A stretch of DNA of 64,000 nt from Trichoplax sp. H2 (lineage: Eukaryota), in assembly GCA_003344405.1 (NCBI GenBank), contig NOWV01000015.1:806001-870000 (forward strand). Direction: 5' to 3'. The position numbers were made by a program, and so were the translations under genes. Of the stretch, positions 12,552 to 26,500 are shown piece by piece; position 1 is the stretch's first letter, and the number at the start of each line of letters is the position of its first letter. Under the pieces are notes generated by a model that was not told the DNA's origin, did no database searches, and saw only the letters and a list, made by a program, of their open reading frames with translations.

Positions 12552-15500
12552 TTAAGTCTCCTCGACCTCATTTTCAGAGATAGTAGTAATCAACTTTTGG
12601 TAATATTCCGCTGCTGCTTCGTTACCAACTTGCCTACAATGTCTGGCATATTCTTCGTACATTACGTCAACCATTTTTGCTAAAAGATAAAATTAATTGC
12701 AAGGGCAAATTTTCTTAAACTGAGTTGAAAACATTATAGATAGCCAACTATTGGAAGATTGTAATCTATATAAACAGGTGACTAATTTAAAATTTTTTCA
12801 TATCTAGATACCAAGAGGTTTGTATTCCATGTCTAAAACTTTAAATTCTGTACAGGCTTCTAGGAATAATATCGCCCTGTCGAAAAGGCGTAGACTGGAA
12901 AAGGAAAAACAAAGATTTTATACACTATATCAAAATCCTAAATTAAAAAAAATGATAGGACAATACTCCTTACCTATAAAGTAATTCCAAAACTTTAGTA
13001 AAATCGCATAAAGAAAGTGCTACTAAGATTGCTTGATCCTAAAATAAATGAAAAATAAATTTTTATGATGAAACACTTTCCATTCTATCAAATCAATGTA
13101 GCAATTGAGTTTTTCTTACCTCTTGCGTAGAATTTAGTAAACTATCTATCCATTGTCTATACATATCAAAACATTCATTGGAGCTTAATGTAGCCTACAT
13201 GATGAAAAAATGTACAGATATAGGTTTACGTATGAGATTTTATATTTTTATAGTAATATTATATAGATTCGTAGTATAAACCAAAGACATTCCATATACC
13301 TTGGCTAACCAAGCTGCTTTATCCCATTCACCATAAGTTTGCAAATAACGACATGCATCTACATTTTTTCCAATAAGACATAGTAGCTGTACTCCCTCAT
13401 ATAGCCGACCGTTTGCTATTAAATTCGTGGCAACTAACTTAACAGTACTTTGAGCAGCACCCGATGTACATATTGTAGCTGTAAGACATGCTCTATGATT
13501 TAAAGCATAAAAATTAATAAGTATCGGTCAAGAGTTGCAAACAAACTTAAAATGTGTACAACACCGTAAAGTATAAATTGTAGCTGACCGTAAAGAATCG
13601 GCGTAATAATTTTCATCACTGGGATTAGTTTCAAGCAATAGCTTAATCGCACGATCCACCTTTACAAGTGCGTACAAAAAAAGATAGAGTTAGTTATCAC
13701 TTATCTGTCAGTAATTAACTGCATCGAAATCAACATTCACTTTGATAATTTGAAAGTACATCTGTTCAAAGAATTTATAGATTCATGAATTACAGTATAT
13801 AATATACCTGCCCAAGTAGAATAAGGTTACATTCACATTTGTTTGTTTGCGCATAAGAAGTACGTTTGGCATCATGTAAAAATGCTCTTTCCAATTGATC
13901 TTTCTAAAATAAAAGACGTAAAAAATTTAATTAACTTCGTTAGATTTCACCAAGCCAACTTGATATAACCTCTCTCAATATTTCGTTTAATTACGTATCA
14001 AACAGATTATAAACTTATCTGCTTCATAAACAATTACTGTTATTTTACCCGAAAGATTTTACGATTGCGCAGTAAATCGTAACAGGTATCCAGCGAAGCA
14101 TCTATTTACAGCAAAGTACATTTATAGATTGATTTCTAATATAAAATTTTACAATTTTTCAAAAACTTAGCTTACCTAGACTGCAATTGGATGAATCACT
14201 TAATTTAGCACTAGTGTCGACATCATCATTTACGTGCGCTTTTCGTAGATAATGTAGAGCTAGCGTCCAAAATTCAATTTCGCTTTGATCTCCAAAAAGT
14301 CTAATTATTACACATGATTACAGCAAATAACATTAAGTTGTGATATTAGAAGCTGCATACTTAATTATTTTAAGAATGTACTGCAGCCGTATATTTATTT
14401 CTTGACTAACTTGGCAGTAATTAAGCATCTTTGAGCGGTGCCAAAAGGTGCATTTTCTACATAGTCTGTCAATCCACTGAAAGTAAAAAATGAAAAATAT
14501 ATTTGTTTTAATTTCAGTTAAAGTTTCACATATGTGCAATAATTTTCGGTTAATGAATGTTGTGTATCATTGTAAACCTTACTTTGGTAATAGCGACAGT
14601 TGTTGCATTACTACATCGGCTAAGTCATTATCATTCGTTTCAATAGCCCTAGAAAATATAAATTTCATCGTATCTAAATAAAACTTTAACAGTATGTAAT
14701 TACTGTGTTTCTTAACTCACTCAATTGGAGATTTAAATCCGTAAGTTTTATTCCAAGGCTGATGTTGAAGTAGTTGTTTAATTAAAAAGGAAACTTTCGG
14801 CGCTATGAGGTACGCATTGAATGATGTATCTAATAAAATTTAGCAGATATAAATGAAAACATGATCGAATCGGAATAGACATGAATTACTGTAATCTAAT
14901 TAAATATTTTACAGGGTAAGATTTCATTTGATGGTATCGGAGAAGTGGCCGTATTTAATGTAGCATCTAGAATTCTTAAACATCCGTCTTCATACAGAGC
15001 GACAACTTTGTCTGATGCAGCCCAATCAACATCAATAATCTGCAGTCCACCTTTACTAATCTTTAAACTGTGCAGACATTCTCTCTAAAATTATTACAAA
15101 ATAGCTAGATGTAATTGTTGATAATATACTAACAGATGTAAAATAAGAGTAAAATTCTAATGATTTTTCGTACACGTAATGCATCCCATATATCTACACC
15201 ATCGTTAAATAAGAGAACCACTTTAAGATTGCCCTTTCCGGGAGATATTCGTAGTCGACGAATGCTGCCACGATGTGATTGGACTACCCTATAATATTTC
15301 AATTAAGTTGTTTATAGCCATATGTTTACTATCAATAATTTATAATTTACGTATTATTAGCTAATAGTAGAAAAACCTTGACAATCTTGCTTTAAGATCC
15401 CAAACAATTAAGGAGCCATCAGTATCTCCCATAATTATCAAATCGTTCTTCCATACCATATCGTTAACTGTACTAACTCCTCCCTATTAGATAATGTACA

Positions 15501-18500
15501 TCAGAAATACAGTATAAATACGATATTACTTCATACCAATATGTTGAGGAAGCGGTAGTGTTACATAAACCGATAACGTTACGTACACCACCGGGGATTT
15601 TCGATCCGTCTTTAATTGTATTTCCATTAATCATAAAATGATACAAGACACCCTCTCCACTAATGTAAACGAAATGCTCTACTGTCGATCCTTGCTATAA
15701 TAAAAGTATTTTTAGAAAAGGTAACGAATTAAATGAAGTCGCTAAATTAATCACTATAATTGAAATCTTATTATCGTACTTGATTAGATGTGTTAGTCTC
15801 AATTGTAATAGAACTTTCTGAATCTATTGATGACGAGGTATCGGAACTTTGAGGCTTTTTTTTATTGCTAGATGAGTGCCATACCTTAATATTTACAAAT
15901 AAAATAATTTAGACATAGAAGTTTATATGCAACATTTAATAATGTTCATTTCTGGCTTACTAGTGACGTAGGATAAGGAAAATTTTTGGGCATATCTCTA
16001 ATTAGACTTCCATTTTGTAAGTCCCAAATTTCAAGCGGGCGATCTTTAAAAGAAACGATGAAGTATTGCCTGCAAGTATGATGCTATTAACTAGTGCATT
16101 GTAAACGCATTAATCAATTTTATTATAATTGCACTTTATGTTTCGCAACGAATAATACCTCAAATGAGATACTCTAACTGATTCTAGAGACGATGAGTCA
16201 TTAGCATAGTTTCGAATTTTATTAATATAACCTTAGAATAACGTAAAAAATTCGAAACATTAATATCAAATAATGGTTGTACAATCTTAAAAATGTAGTA
16301 TATTTAAAAGTTATAGCTAACGGAATCGATTTTTAGTGAATAACACATCTACGATACTTACCATTTCTTAAGTCGAGAATAACTATTTCGTTTCTGTAAG
16401 TATTTGAATTCAAGGAAGTGTTACTATGACCATAAAGCAGTAGTCTACACTCACCAATCCACTCAATTCCCCTAGGGTCATACAACATAATTAACGTTAT
16501 GCTACATCAAATTGAAGTTTAAATTGTAACTGTCCCTACATAAAATTAACTTTGCTAAAATAAATATCATACTTTATAGACACGGTTAAAACAGAGAATT
16601 CTTTAGTAAGGAATCCATTAGATAAGTCAAAAATATGTACATAGCCTGAATTGTTACCTGAATGAGGTTAAGATGGATTTTAAAAAATACAATTTTCCCG
16701 TGCTAGCAGGCTACACGTTAGTAACCAAATAGAAAAATACTAGTCTTACCAACAGCTAATAGCGGCTTATAATATGATAGGTTTTTCGTTGTTAGCGGAG
16801 GGCACATTCGAAGACAGGTGGGTTTAACAGAATTTCCGCAATAAAGAGCAGTCATAATCATTTTTACATCGATAACATATTGCTGGATTTTTTCTATATC
16901 GTCAGAGGCATAATGCTGATGGAATAGTAGATCAAAGAGAGTTGTCATATTTTCTCATATAGCCAATTAATTCTAGTATAAAATGATAACTTACACGAAT
17001 GGGAAAATGGGGTGCAATCATGTCCGATAAGCAACACCACAGGGTATCTTTGATGTTGACCATTTCATTAGTTACTCCTAAACGGAAAACAAATCTGTTA
17101 GCAACTTCTAATAAAAACTAATTCCAATTACAATGCAGGATTATACAAGTCTAACCATTAATTTTTGGCAACGCTAGGTTGTACATTGATTTGTCGTTGG
17201 CGAATATCGCACTCTCAACAATGGAAGCGTCAAATAGATTCGATTTAGTGGATGTTTCAGAGGTTATCATTAGCCTCCATTTCAGCAGGCGTCCATCGCT
17301 TAAGAGTAATATGACATCATTTTCAGTGATGGGAGAACAGCCGAATCCAACTACTCGACAGCTTTTAGTAATGCGAATAGAATCCGTCTGATAGTGTGAA
17401 TCGTATATGATATCTTCTGGGCTAGCCCATGAATTTACACTTTCATCTGGGTTTGCGCTAACATTATCGGCAAGACCAGAATTGCTATAATCAGCACTTA
17501 AGCGAGGAGATAATGAAACTGAATCTAAAAAGTGAAATTTCGAATCTTGAGAGTTGCAACTAATCCATGATGAAACTCGACGTATCCTTGTAGATATACT
17601 TCCGTTTTCATGGAGGCAAAATAAGACATTCCTCTGACGGCATGAATATATCTACATAATTAGAGATTTTAGTCACTAACTGGAATAAAATTAAACTAAT
17701 ACAAATGAAATAAATTTCATAAAATATCAGTTCAATGAGTTTGCATACCTGCATAAAAGGGGAAAGATTTCTTTCTAGATTTATTTGTCCAATTACCAGT
17801 TTCATTTCGAGATCAAATACTAATATCAAACGGGCAAATACGATGAAAACATGATGACGGCAAGCAGAAGTAAATTGCATTTGTATACAATCCAATAGTG
17901 ACGGTTCATCTTGCCTAATGAATAATCAAGAGAGGCAATATGTATTTACGAAAAAAAGTTATATCCGAACTTTAATACCAGTTTGAAGAGTACATACTTC
18001 GATGTGGGGTCAGGAAGAGAAGGACGCTTTGTATTATCAGATCTGTTGGAATTTTTGTTTTTGCCAGAAACATTCGATACCTTCATTAAGAATCTTCGAG
18101 ACTTGGTAGTTGTTTCTGAGGCATTAACATTATCCGGTAGAGGATCTTCTATAGTATAAACGGTATCATTTGTTTGAATTCCAAATGCTATTAAAGGATT
18201 AACTTGACCAGGAGAATGTGTTGTGTTAAAGTCAGTAATGTGGATGAAATGATCCGGTGCTAGAACTATTGAATACATGAATAGTCAAAATTAAAAATTG
18301 CATCATGTTTATAGTACATCGTAAGAGTCACGAAGTTTAAATTGAGCATTGTACAGATATTACGTCTTGCCATATCAAAGAGTAAAATTGAATGTAAGTA
18401 ATTAATTCAACTATATCCCAATCAGTTAAGCAAGTTGTTATACAATTTTTGAAAGGTATAAACTATTACCTAATACGTTGGATAGATTAAACGGATCGAA

Positions 18501-20780
18501 AGCAAAGTATTTTAGTGTTTCATGAAATGTTTTTTGCCATAGCGACGTGCCAGTGTTCCCATTCCACAAAATAATAGTTGACGGTAAATGCAAAACAGCT
18601 AACAGATCACGTGAAGCTTGCTGAGAAGGAAACCATTCCAAATGACCAACGGCGGATGTCCCCGGTTTAAAAAAACGTGCAATTACGCTACCGTCATGCA
18701 CATTCCACACAATAACATTTCCAGCTTGATCTGCTGACGCTAAACGCAAGGTATAAGGTGATCCAAGACTATGATGATAATTTTCTAATGACCATTTAAC
18801 CTATGAAATATCCATTATAAAATTAGGTATTACAGGAGATGAAGTAGAATCATAGTTAGTGTATTATAACAAATTGTGTTGCATGTAGAATTAAAACAAT
18901 CAATAGGAATATTGATAGATACTGTGGCTTAATTTAATAATAGTTTATGTTGATATCTAATGATGGCACTATAATGTTAATGATCCTATAAACAGAAATG
19001 GGAAGCGATGGCTAGTGATAAGATTACAAGCTAAGATTTCTTATTTTTGTAGTATCGAATAGAGTATCTATTTCAAGATTTGTAACTTTTCAAAAAAAGT
19101 GTTGATCGCCTCTATCGCTACGACTAACTAAATACAAGTACAAGTTGCATCATACACAGGCCAACAATTTTACCTTGACTACACAAGCCGGATGTCCTAC
19201 AAGTGTTTGAAGAGCCTGCAGGATTAGAGAGAAGAGTACTTAGAATTGCGCAATATAGTATACTTACATCGCAGTTTATGTATTGATATTGTCATCCAAT
19301 CATCAAAGAATTGACTTTTATATGCTACATGATGGAATGCGGTGTAGGTACAGAAAGAAAATATTACTTAAATACTGGGTATAGTAGTGTCTTGAAGGGT
19401 GATGTTAGTAAATATGTAATAATACGCTGAGTATGAATAACCAACATGTCTATTTTCGCATCTATAAAATATCTACGATCCATGTATAATCGGATAGTAA
19501 TAATTTCCTCATTAGTATAAATGTTATCATTCAATTGCTTGACACATATATCTTGTCATTGTACACAAAATTATTGGGTTTATTTCTTCCTTCCAATTCA
19601 TCATGATTTTGAATAGTAAGTCATTTCATTCATAACAAGATGATTCGATATGTATCGTACCATATGTTGGAGATATTCTGCTCGTCAAATTACGCTAAGA
19701 GATTTCTTCATTACCTCTATGATGTAGTTCAATCACTAAAGTATAAATTGATACAAAGTCTATTTTGCGTCTAAATTACGGGTACACTACATCTAGACAT
19801 GTACATATATAAGTCTATATTGCAACTCAAATTGAGACTAGCAGATTGTGAGAGTTTCCTTTCAATTGATCAAGAGTTCAAGACGAACATCTACTTTATG
19901 GTATCAAGGTTAGGCTATAAAAATATAATCAAGCAAGATTAAAGTGATCCGCTGCAACTTACCCTAAATGAGACAATATCGATGACAATTACGTTCTTAT
20001 CACATCCGTAGGCGAAGAGAGACTGCCATCCCCTGTCAATTCATTAAAAATTGATGAGATTGTAGAAAACTAGAAGCAGATTTATTTATTTACGCTAACT
20101 CGTGACTGTCATTTCTTATCCATTATTTAAAGACGTGAATGTCTACTGGGTAGAACATTTTGCATTGGTACGACTTGTCAATTGAGCCCTACTGGAAAAG
20201 ATGATTCTGTCATATCATGATCGACCCTCAAATGAACCCTAATAATTACTGTAAGTCATTGAGTCGCTTGGATCTATTTTTCATACCCTATCCGTGATTA
20301 AAATGATGATGAAACAGTCAGTCATTTATCATTGATGTGTGTCTATTATAACTATAGAAATGGGAGAGAATTTTACTATCAAAGCGTCCGCTCTTACGAT
20401 AGCTGGCGTACAGTATGATATGTTACAGCCCTGATGGCGACTTTGAAAAATAACAACATCTGATATGTCCAAGTTTACTTTGGTATTTTTCATCTTGGAC
20501 AGATGAGCTTTTAATGACTACTGCGGCAACTCTAGACTATTGAACGATATGATTATCCTAGCATGAATAGCTCGATTGACAAGACAATCATGACGAAGAA
20601 TTGAATACTAATAGCATGGACAGTGAAAGAGAGAGAGAGAGTGGATTGCATAAGCATTTACCAATCGCAAGCTCCACGATTGCCTTCATTGATAGCACCG
20701 GGTAGAGTTCTTGGAGGCACTTTGATGACTGTATTCCAAGTTTCATTGGCCACAGGAGTAGCTTTACCTTTATCGGACAT
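12552..20780 (-). CDS. WDR11: WD repeat-containing protein 11 (many exons)
   Basis: MSDKGK..KVPPRTLPGAINEGNRGACDW|GWQSLFAYGC..|ALQTLVGHPACVVK|VKWSLENYHHSLGSPYTLRLASADQAG; LRMCPPLTTKNLSYYKPLLAVG; TVKLVATNLIANGRLYEGVQLLCLI; last exon ends SENEVEET-stop at 12552. Confidence 0.95.
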
Positions 20781-20949
20781 TGCACTGGATTGATACCAAT
20801 CTATGCTATATCAACTAATTTTAATGGAATTTCCTGTAGAAAGATTTCTTGAGCGAAATGAGCTTTCAATTGGCTTCTTCAATGCTTTCAAGGGTTCAAA
20901 ACAAGCTTGGCTTTGGCATCCAAGACGTGCTGTTCTCTTGAGCGCTTTA

Positions 20950-21410
20950 GCGGAGGAATACAGTACAGTGTCGTGTCGTACAGTACGACTTTCTACTTTA
21001 CAGTACAGTATGACGATCTGGTACTGTACAGACGACCGATATCAGTACAGTACTTGATATGGCGGAATACTGTACTGTACAGTAGTCCGCCGTATTGTAC
21101 TGTATTGTAAAATGCAGTACGAACTGTCTTGCTACAGTGTACAGTACTGTAGTTTACTCGTCGACTGTACTGTACAGTACAGTACAGTACTGTAGTTTGA
21201 CTCGTCTTGTACTGTACAGTACAGTACTGTAGACGCAAGACAGTTCGTACTGTACGGTGCAGAACTTGTACTGTACGATACGACACGGCAAACTAGTCCT
21301 TGATATCAAGTACTGTACTGTACAGTACTGTACTGTACTGTGACAATACAGGGATCTACAGTACAGTACAGTACATTGTACTGCACTTAGCCTACTGTAC
21401 ACTGTATCGG
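20950..21410. promoter_or_regulatory. GTAC-repeat island with nested inverted repeats in the WDR11/SPC24 head-to-head interval
   Basis: Dense cagta/tactg runs; perfect 18-bp inverted repeats 21043-21060/21303-21320 and 21115-21132/21235-21252. Confidence 0.65.
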
Positions 21411-21746
21411 AATTTCAAACGAACGGAGGGAGACTTGAAAATTTTGAAAAGTTGCTCCAGTTTGCTGCGTATCCCAAGTACGAATATTGACTGCCAATGA
21501 TTCCACTCGCCTACTCTTGATGCTTTTCGTCTGAAAGCCTGCCACAGAACTATCCTCAGCCAAAGCCACAACAATCTCATCCCAGAGGAGCAACTAAGTA
21601 TTACTGTAAAGCATCGCCTTTCTATCTGGTGTTGATTCAATTTGTACACTACAGTCAGATAGACGTGGAATAGTGAAGCACCAAAGTCGAGCAACGAAAG
21701 GCAAATATTTTTCAACCAATGGTTGATAGCAACAGTAAGCGACAAG

Positions 21747-22300
21747 ATGGAGGAAAAATTAACCCAAGCCATAGAATCAATCAGTCTTAGTGAAGCAGAC
21801 AGCGAAACAAAAGTATTAATAGATATAAGTAATCAAGTCATTAGCCTAAAAATGTAAGAATTTTTCCTCAAGCAATTTGAAACTTGACGGCTAAAGCAGC
21901 TCAAGAGAAACAACAAGCAGAAAATCAAGCGGAGAATGATCACTTTTATTCGAAAGCTATTGAAAATTTACAAAAGAAATATCAGGAATTAGAACAATCA
22001 TCACGGTCGGCTAACTTGAGAAATGATAATGACGCCACCAAGTTAAATCAACTCATTCAGCAAAAGGAATCGACAAGCAAAGATCGTAAAACTGTTGAAA
22101 CTCAAGTCATGGAAAAAACCAAATGTAAGCAATTCTTCGATCTGTACACAAACATCTCTGGAATTGAATGGAATTACCATTGTTCCGCAGATCAAATCAA
22201 AGGTGTTATAATGTACGAAAATGACTGCAAACCCTTCGCTTTAAATGTATCTGAAAATACTGACTTTGAAATGACCAATAAACTATGGCAATTGTTATGA
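21747..22300 (+). CDS. SPC24: Kinetochore protein Spc24-like (NDC80 complex); 5' structure uncertain (weak intron or disrupted copy)
   Basis: Coiled-coil region then Spc24-type C-terminus LYTNISGIEWNYHCSADQIKGV...KPFAL...FEMTNKLWQLL (human LYHQVSKIEWDYECEPGMVKGI...FISDYLWSLV); ATG frame at 21747 stops at ~21855 unless intron 21829-21896/21899 is removed. Confidence 0.7.
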
Positions 22301-23588
22301 AGAAGGATCATTCTACGTATCATGACGCTATTTTGTAATAAAGACTTGAACATCGAAATACTGTACGCACAAACTTATCATGACTGTCTATCATAGACTA
22401 TCATAGTCAGTTCATAGCGTAGATAGCACTGTATAAATGATGATACAGCGAGCGGCTCATTCTTTTCTATCTATGATAATCTTATGACAGACATGTCGAT
22501 ATATGTAGTGTTCTCGTTCCAGTTTTAATTTAGAAGTCAATGTTTATCTTATAAAAATGCAAGTAGAAGTACTGTAGAATTTTTGCCCTCAAGCAGCCAT
22601 TTACCAGAGCGACCAACTTGCTTACGCGTATTTCTAAAGTGGTCAGCTATCTGCCCACTTGATAGCCTTTTACTATGTTTCCAATACTACAGTATATGTC
22701 CTTTTTGTACGTAAATATCGGACAAAATTTTGCATTGATAAAACTTAATGTATTAATAGTACCACGCTACTGTTATTTTTACATTTCAATCCTGCCTCAT
22801 GTTTGCTAATATTCTATACATCGAATAAAAAAACAATTTTATTCCAGATTATCATGAATCCCTTATTCTGTCATAATGCAGTATACCTTATATTTACGGT
22901 ACACATCATGCATCATACAGCATCAATGAATTATACATTTGTTAGAAGATACAGAATAAGGGTGTAAAACTTTACTGTCCAGTATTTATTACTCAATCTC
23001 AGTATTGTAACGTTAACTGGATGACTGAATCTAGCTATTGGTAAACATCGACATAGAAATAAATTGTAGGAAAAAATAGAGTGCAATCATTAAATTATAA
23101 ATGCATCAAACTACGACTAAAATATTGTTCTATTTAACATTTTCAATAAAATAATAAAGTACCGTTAATACATAACTCGTAGCAGTTGAATGTGTACAAA
23201 TAAATCATGATACCGTGTATTGCATAATTAAATCAAATTATCTATTGTATAAGAATTTCAAAAGCGTATTATATTATACGGCAAAATTGAACGTTGTAGA
23301 CATTCCAATGGAAATGTCATGGCGCGATATGTATATCGAAGCAATCAATAATGCCATTAATGCGAACACTAACTACACCAAATTGAACTAAATTTAATCT
23401 GTTAGACAGCAATTCTACATGCGAGCACAACGCGTGTTTTAGTGATAGTGCATTAATTTTACTACTACAAGTAGCAGTTTCTAACATGTTATCTAATCTT
23501 ATTCATTCCCGTAAGAGCAATCTTTGCAGATTACTTATCGGGGATAGCTTTGAATAAAAATTGAATTCCTACAGCATAGATACAATCT

Positions 23589-26500
23589 TTACGGACGACT
23601 TCCAAAAATAGCACTTCCTACTCTTACGCTGGTACTACCCATTTCAATCTACAATTTTCGTAGTAAATATCAAGTTATAGCCAATCAGAAATAATGGGAT
23701 ATTTCCCAATTGTACATATCATGCTTTGCTATTTATGCATAGGTATAAAGTTAGAATTGTCTAGCATATGTAACCACATACCGCGTGTTCAAAGTCTTGC
23801 GACATCCCCATGCTTAGCTCCAAAGCATCAATGGGGATACCCATTTTATCAGATACAGTCTTCCGACACTCGCTTAATAACTATAAGATTATTAAATTGA
23901 AACTATGAATTAGCATGAGGCAACTACTACTGTACCCAAAAATTAATTTGAAATATTAAAGAAGTTTAAGATAGATTGCACCTATACTATTATGTAAACC
24001 AAGACTCGTATATAACGGAAAAAATAACAGCTATGATCATTTTAATTAGATACGCACTCTGAAGTCCGGGTTGCTATCCGCATCATGACGGCCTAATTGT
24101 CCAATAGTCATAAGGCCAACAAAATTTAACTTTTTACATCGTTTCAATACATGATCAACGATTGTTACACAATCATCTGGCGGACATCCACTTTTATCTA
24201 GCAAGAGAGAAAACACTAAAGTAAGAATCATTCATTTTCTAAATTAAGTTCATATTAAACATTCAAATTAACATTAATGCAATTCTAAATAAAAATAAAA
24301 CTGATGGCTTCCACATTAAGCTCTATGACGTACTTTTAGCGCAAGTACAGTATTGTAAAATGTAACCTTTCGAGAATAAATTTTAAGACTCATTTTCTAA
24401 TAATGCTAATATAACTTTCAATCAAAACACTAACCAAAAATAACAACTTCTAAAGTAGCCCAGCATAATATCATTTATAAACATTTTTAGTGCACACACA
24501 TATCTTTTCTATGAGCGTAAGCGAATAATTTATAATAAACGTTTACGTATGTTAAGCCTCAAAAGAATTATGAATACAAGATGTTACTATCGCTACTATA
24601 CGAATTTGAAGCGTAATTTAATTATGCATGCTATCTCACTATCACTAAACCGATAAAAGAATAATAACTAACATTGACAGTTGCAGTAACAAGAGCAAAT
24701 AGTATAATGCCACTGATAGCCAGTGTATGATCAGACGCATACGCGTATACAAGCCTTCGACATGGTCAAGCTGCAAAATCAGTGCTCAGGTTAATAGCTC
24801 AATAATTACAAATCTATAACATAGATAACTTGAAGCAGTTAATTAATGCCATCAATGCAGTATAGCACAGCATACAGTTTAGGTTATTATATACAAGTTG
24901 AACTTTATTATTATACTATCGACGTGATGACTACATATATTGAAATGATCATCAAGATGCTGTACAGTATGCGTGCATAGACTTTCGTTAAAAAACTGAT
25001 TTACATCGTATTGCCATTCTTTAGATGATTCATTGCTAATAATAGCGGTGGCTAAAGTTCGGTTAAATTTCAAATTTTTTTAATTAAAAGTAATGCAAGT
25101 TCGGTAAAATTGCCAGTAACGTACGCACTAAACGTGTTTGTTTTGGCGTCCCTATACTTCTCGTTCATTCTGTACAAAATATCTTTAGGAGTCAATTGCA
25201 ATAGAATATGGTACATTTATTTTTAGCCATTATCAACATAGAATAGCCGCTGTACGAATAGATAGTATCTTAAATAGCCAAATTATTTATGATACAATCT
25301 GATTTTAAGCGCATTGCAAACTAGTGATATAAACTACTTGAACTTGTCTCTGTCGCACGTTTCTTCGCGTACAATCATGTTAAAATTATTAGTAATCTAC
25401 TGTACTAGAAATACTTGACATCAATGTACTACAGCATATAAGCCTGTTATACCACTTAAAACACAAAACTGCTTTGACTTACTTTCTTCTTGGCTAGTAT
25501 TTACTTGCACCATGATGTTAAGTTGTTCCAACTTTCCAGCACTTTCCCAAGCCTTATTTAAACCATCTGCCAATTTCTTTGAATCAACTGTTTCTACCGT
25601 ATCCAGATTCGGAATAGCTATTGGTATCAGACCACAACAAACAACTATTAACAAATCGTAGTCCATTTTTTTAGCAATCGTAAGAATGTAAACGTACCGG
25701 CAAGCTTTTTACATTTGTTACTTTGTAAATGGCCGATAAAATGCCACTTGATTTGTCCTTTGGTTGCTTTCAAAAGCTATATGATTGAATAAAATGGATC
25801 ATCATTAATACTGCAACAATTTTTTCCAACACGGGTGAGAGGTACCATATATGGCCAAATAAGCTTGTTACATGAATCCAAAAGAAGAGACTACTTTATA
25901 AATACAGGAGTTCAAAAGAGATAAATGGATGAATTTCTAAATTCATTATTACTGATAAACTCTGTAGTAGCTGGAGTCATAAGATTGTTCAGCATATCAC
26001 GACTGGTGGTACAAATGCTTATTCTATCGTTCTGAAAACTATGATAAGCTACCATACTGTACATACGTACAATAATAAAAGGTGTAACGATTGTTTTATG
26101 GGAATGATTAATGATGCAGCAACTGTTATCAATTTGAGAGTTAAAGTATTCAATGGATCTGCTATGTTGTCATCGGAAATAGGAAAAGAATATTAAAGTT
26201 TTCTTCGTACAGTAAAGGCTGTATTTATTGAAAATCCAACATAATTTGGGAATCACGACAAGTTGATAATCTATACTGCTGTAAGTTTATCCTAGCTTAC
26301 CTCTTCGTCGTTCGCTTTACGCTCTAACTCTTGAACCTACGAGCAGTATAGTATTAGAGATAAAAAAAATGTTGTACGATTAGGATAACGAATATTCTAA
26401 ATGCAATCCATAGTAAAATAACTTCTATATCAGTATATATAGAGAGATACGTAAAATTGTCTTTTGTTATCGAAGCTACCATTAATCTCCAATTCCTATC

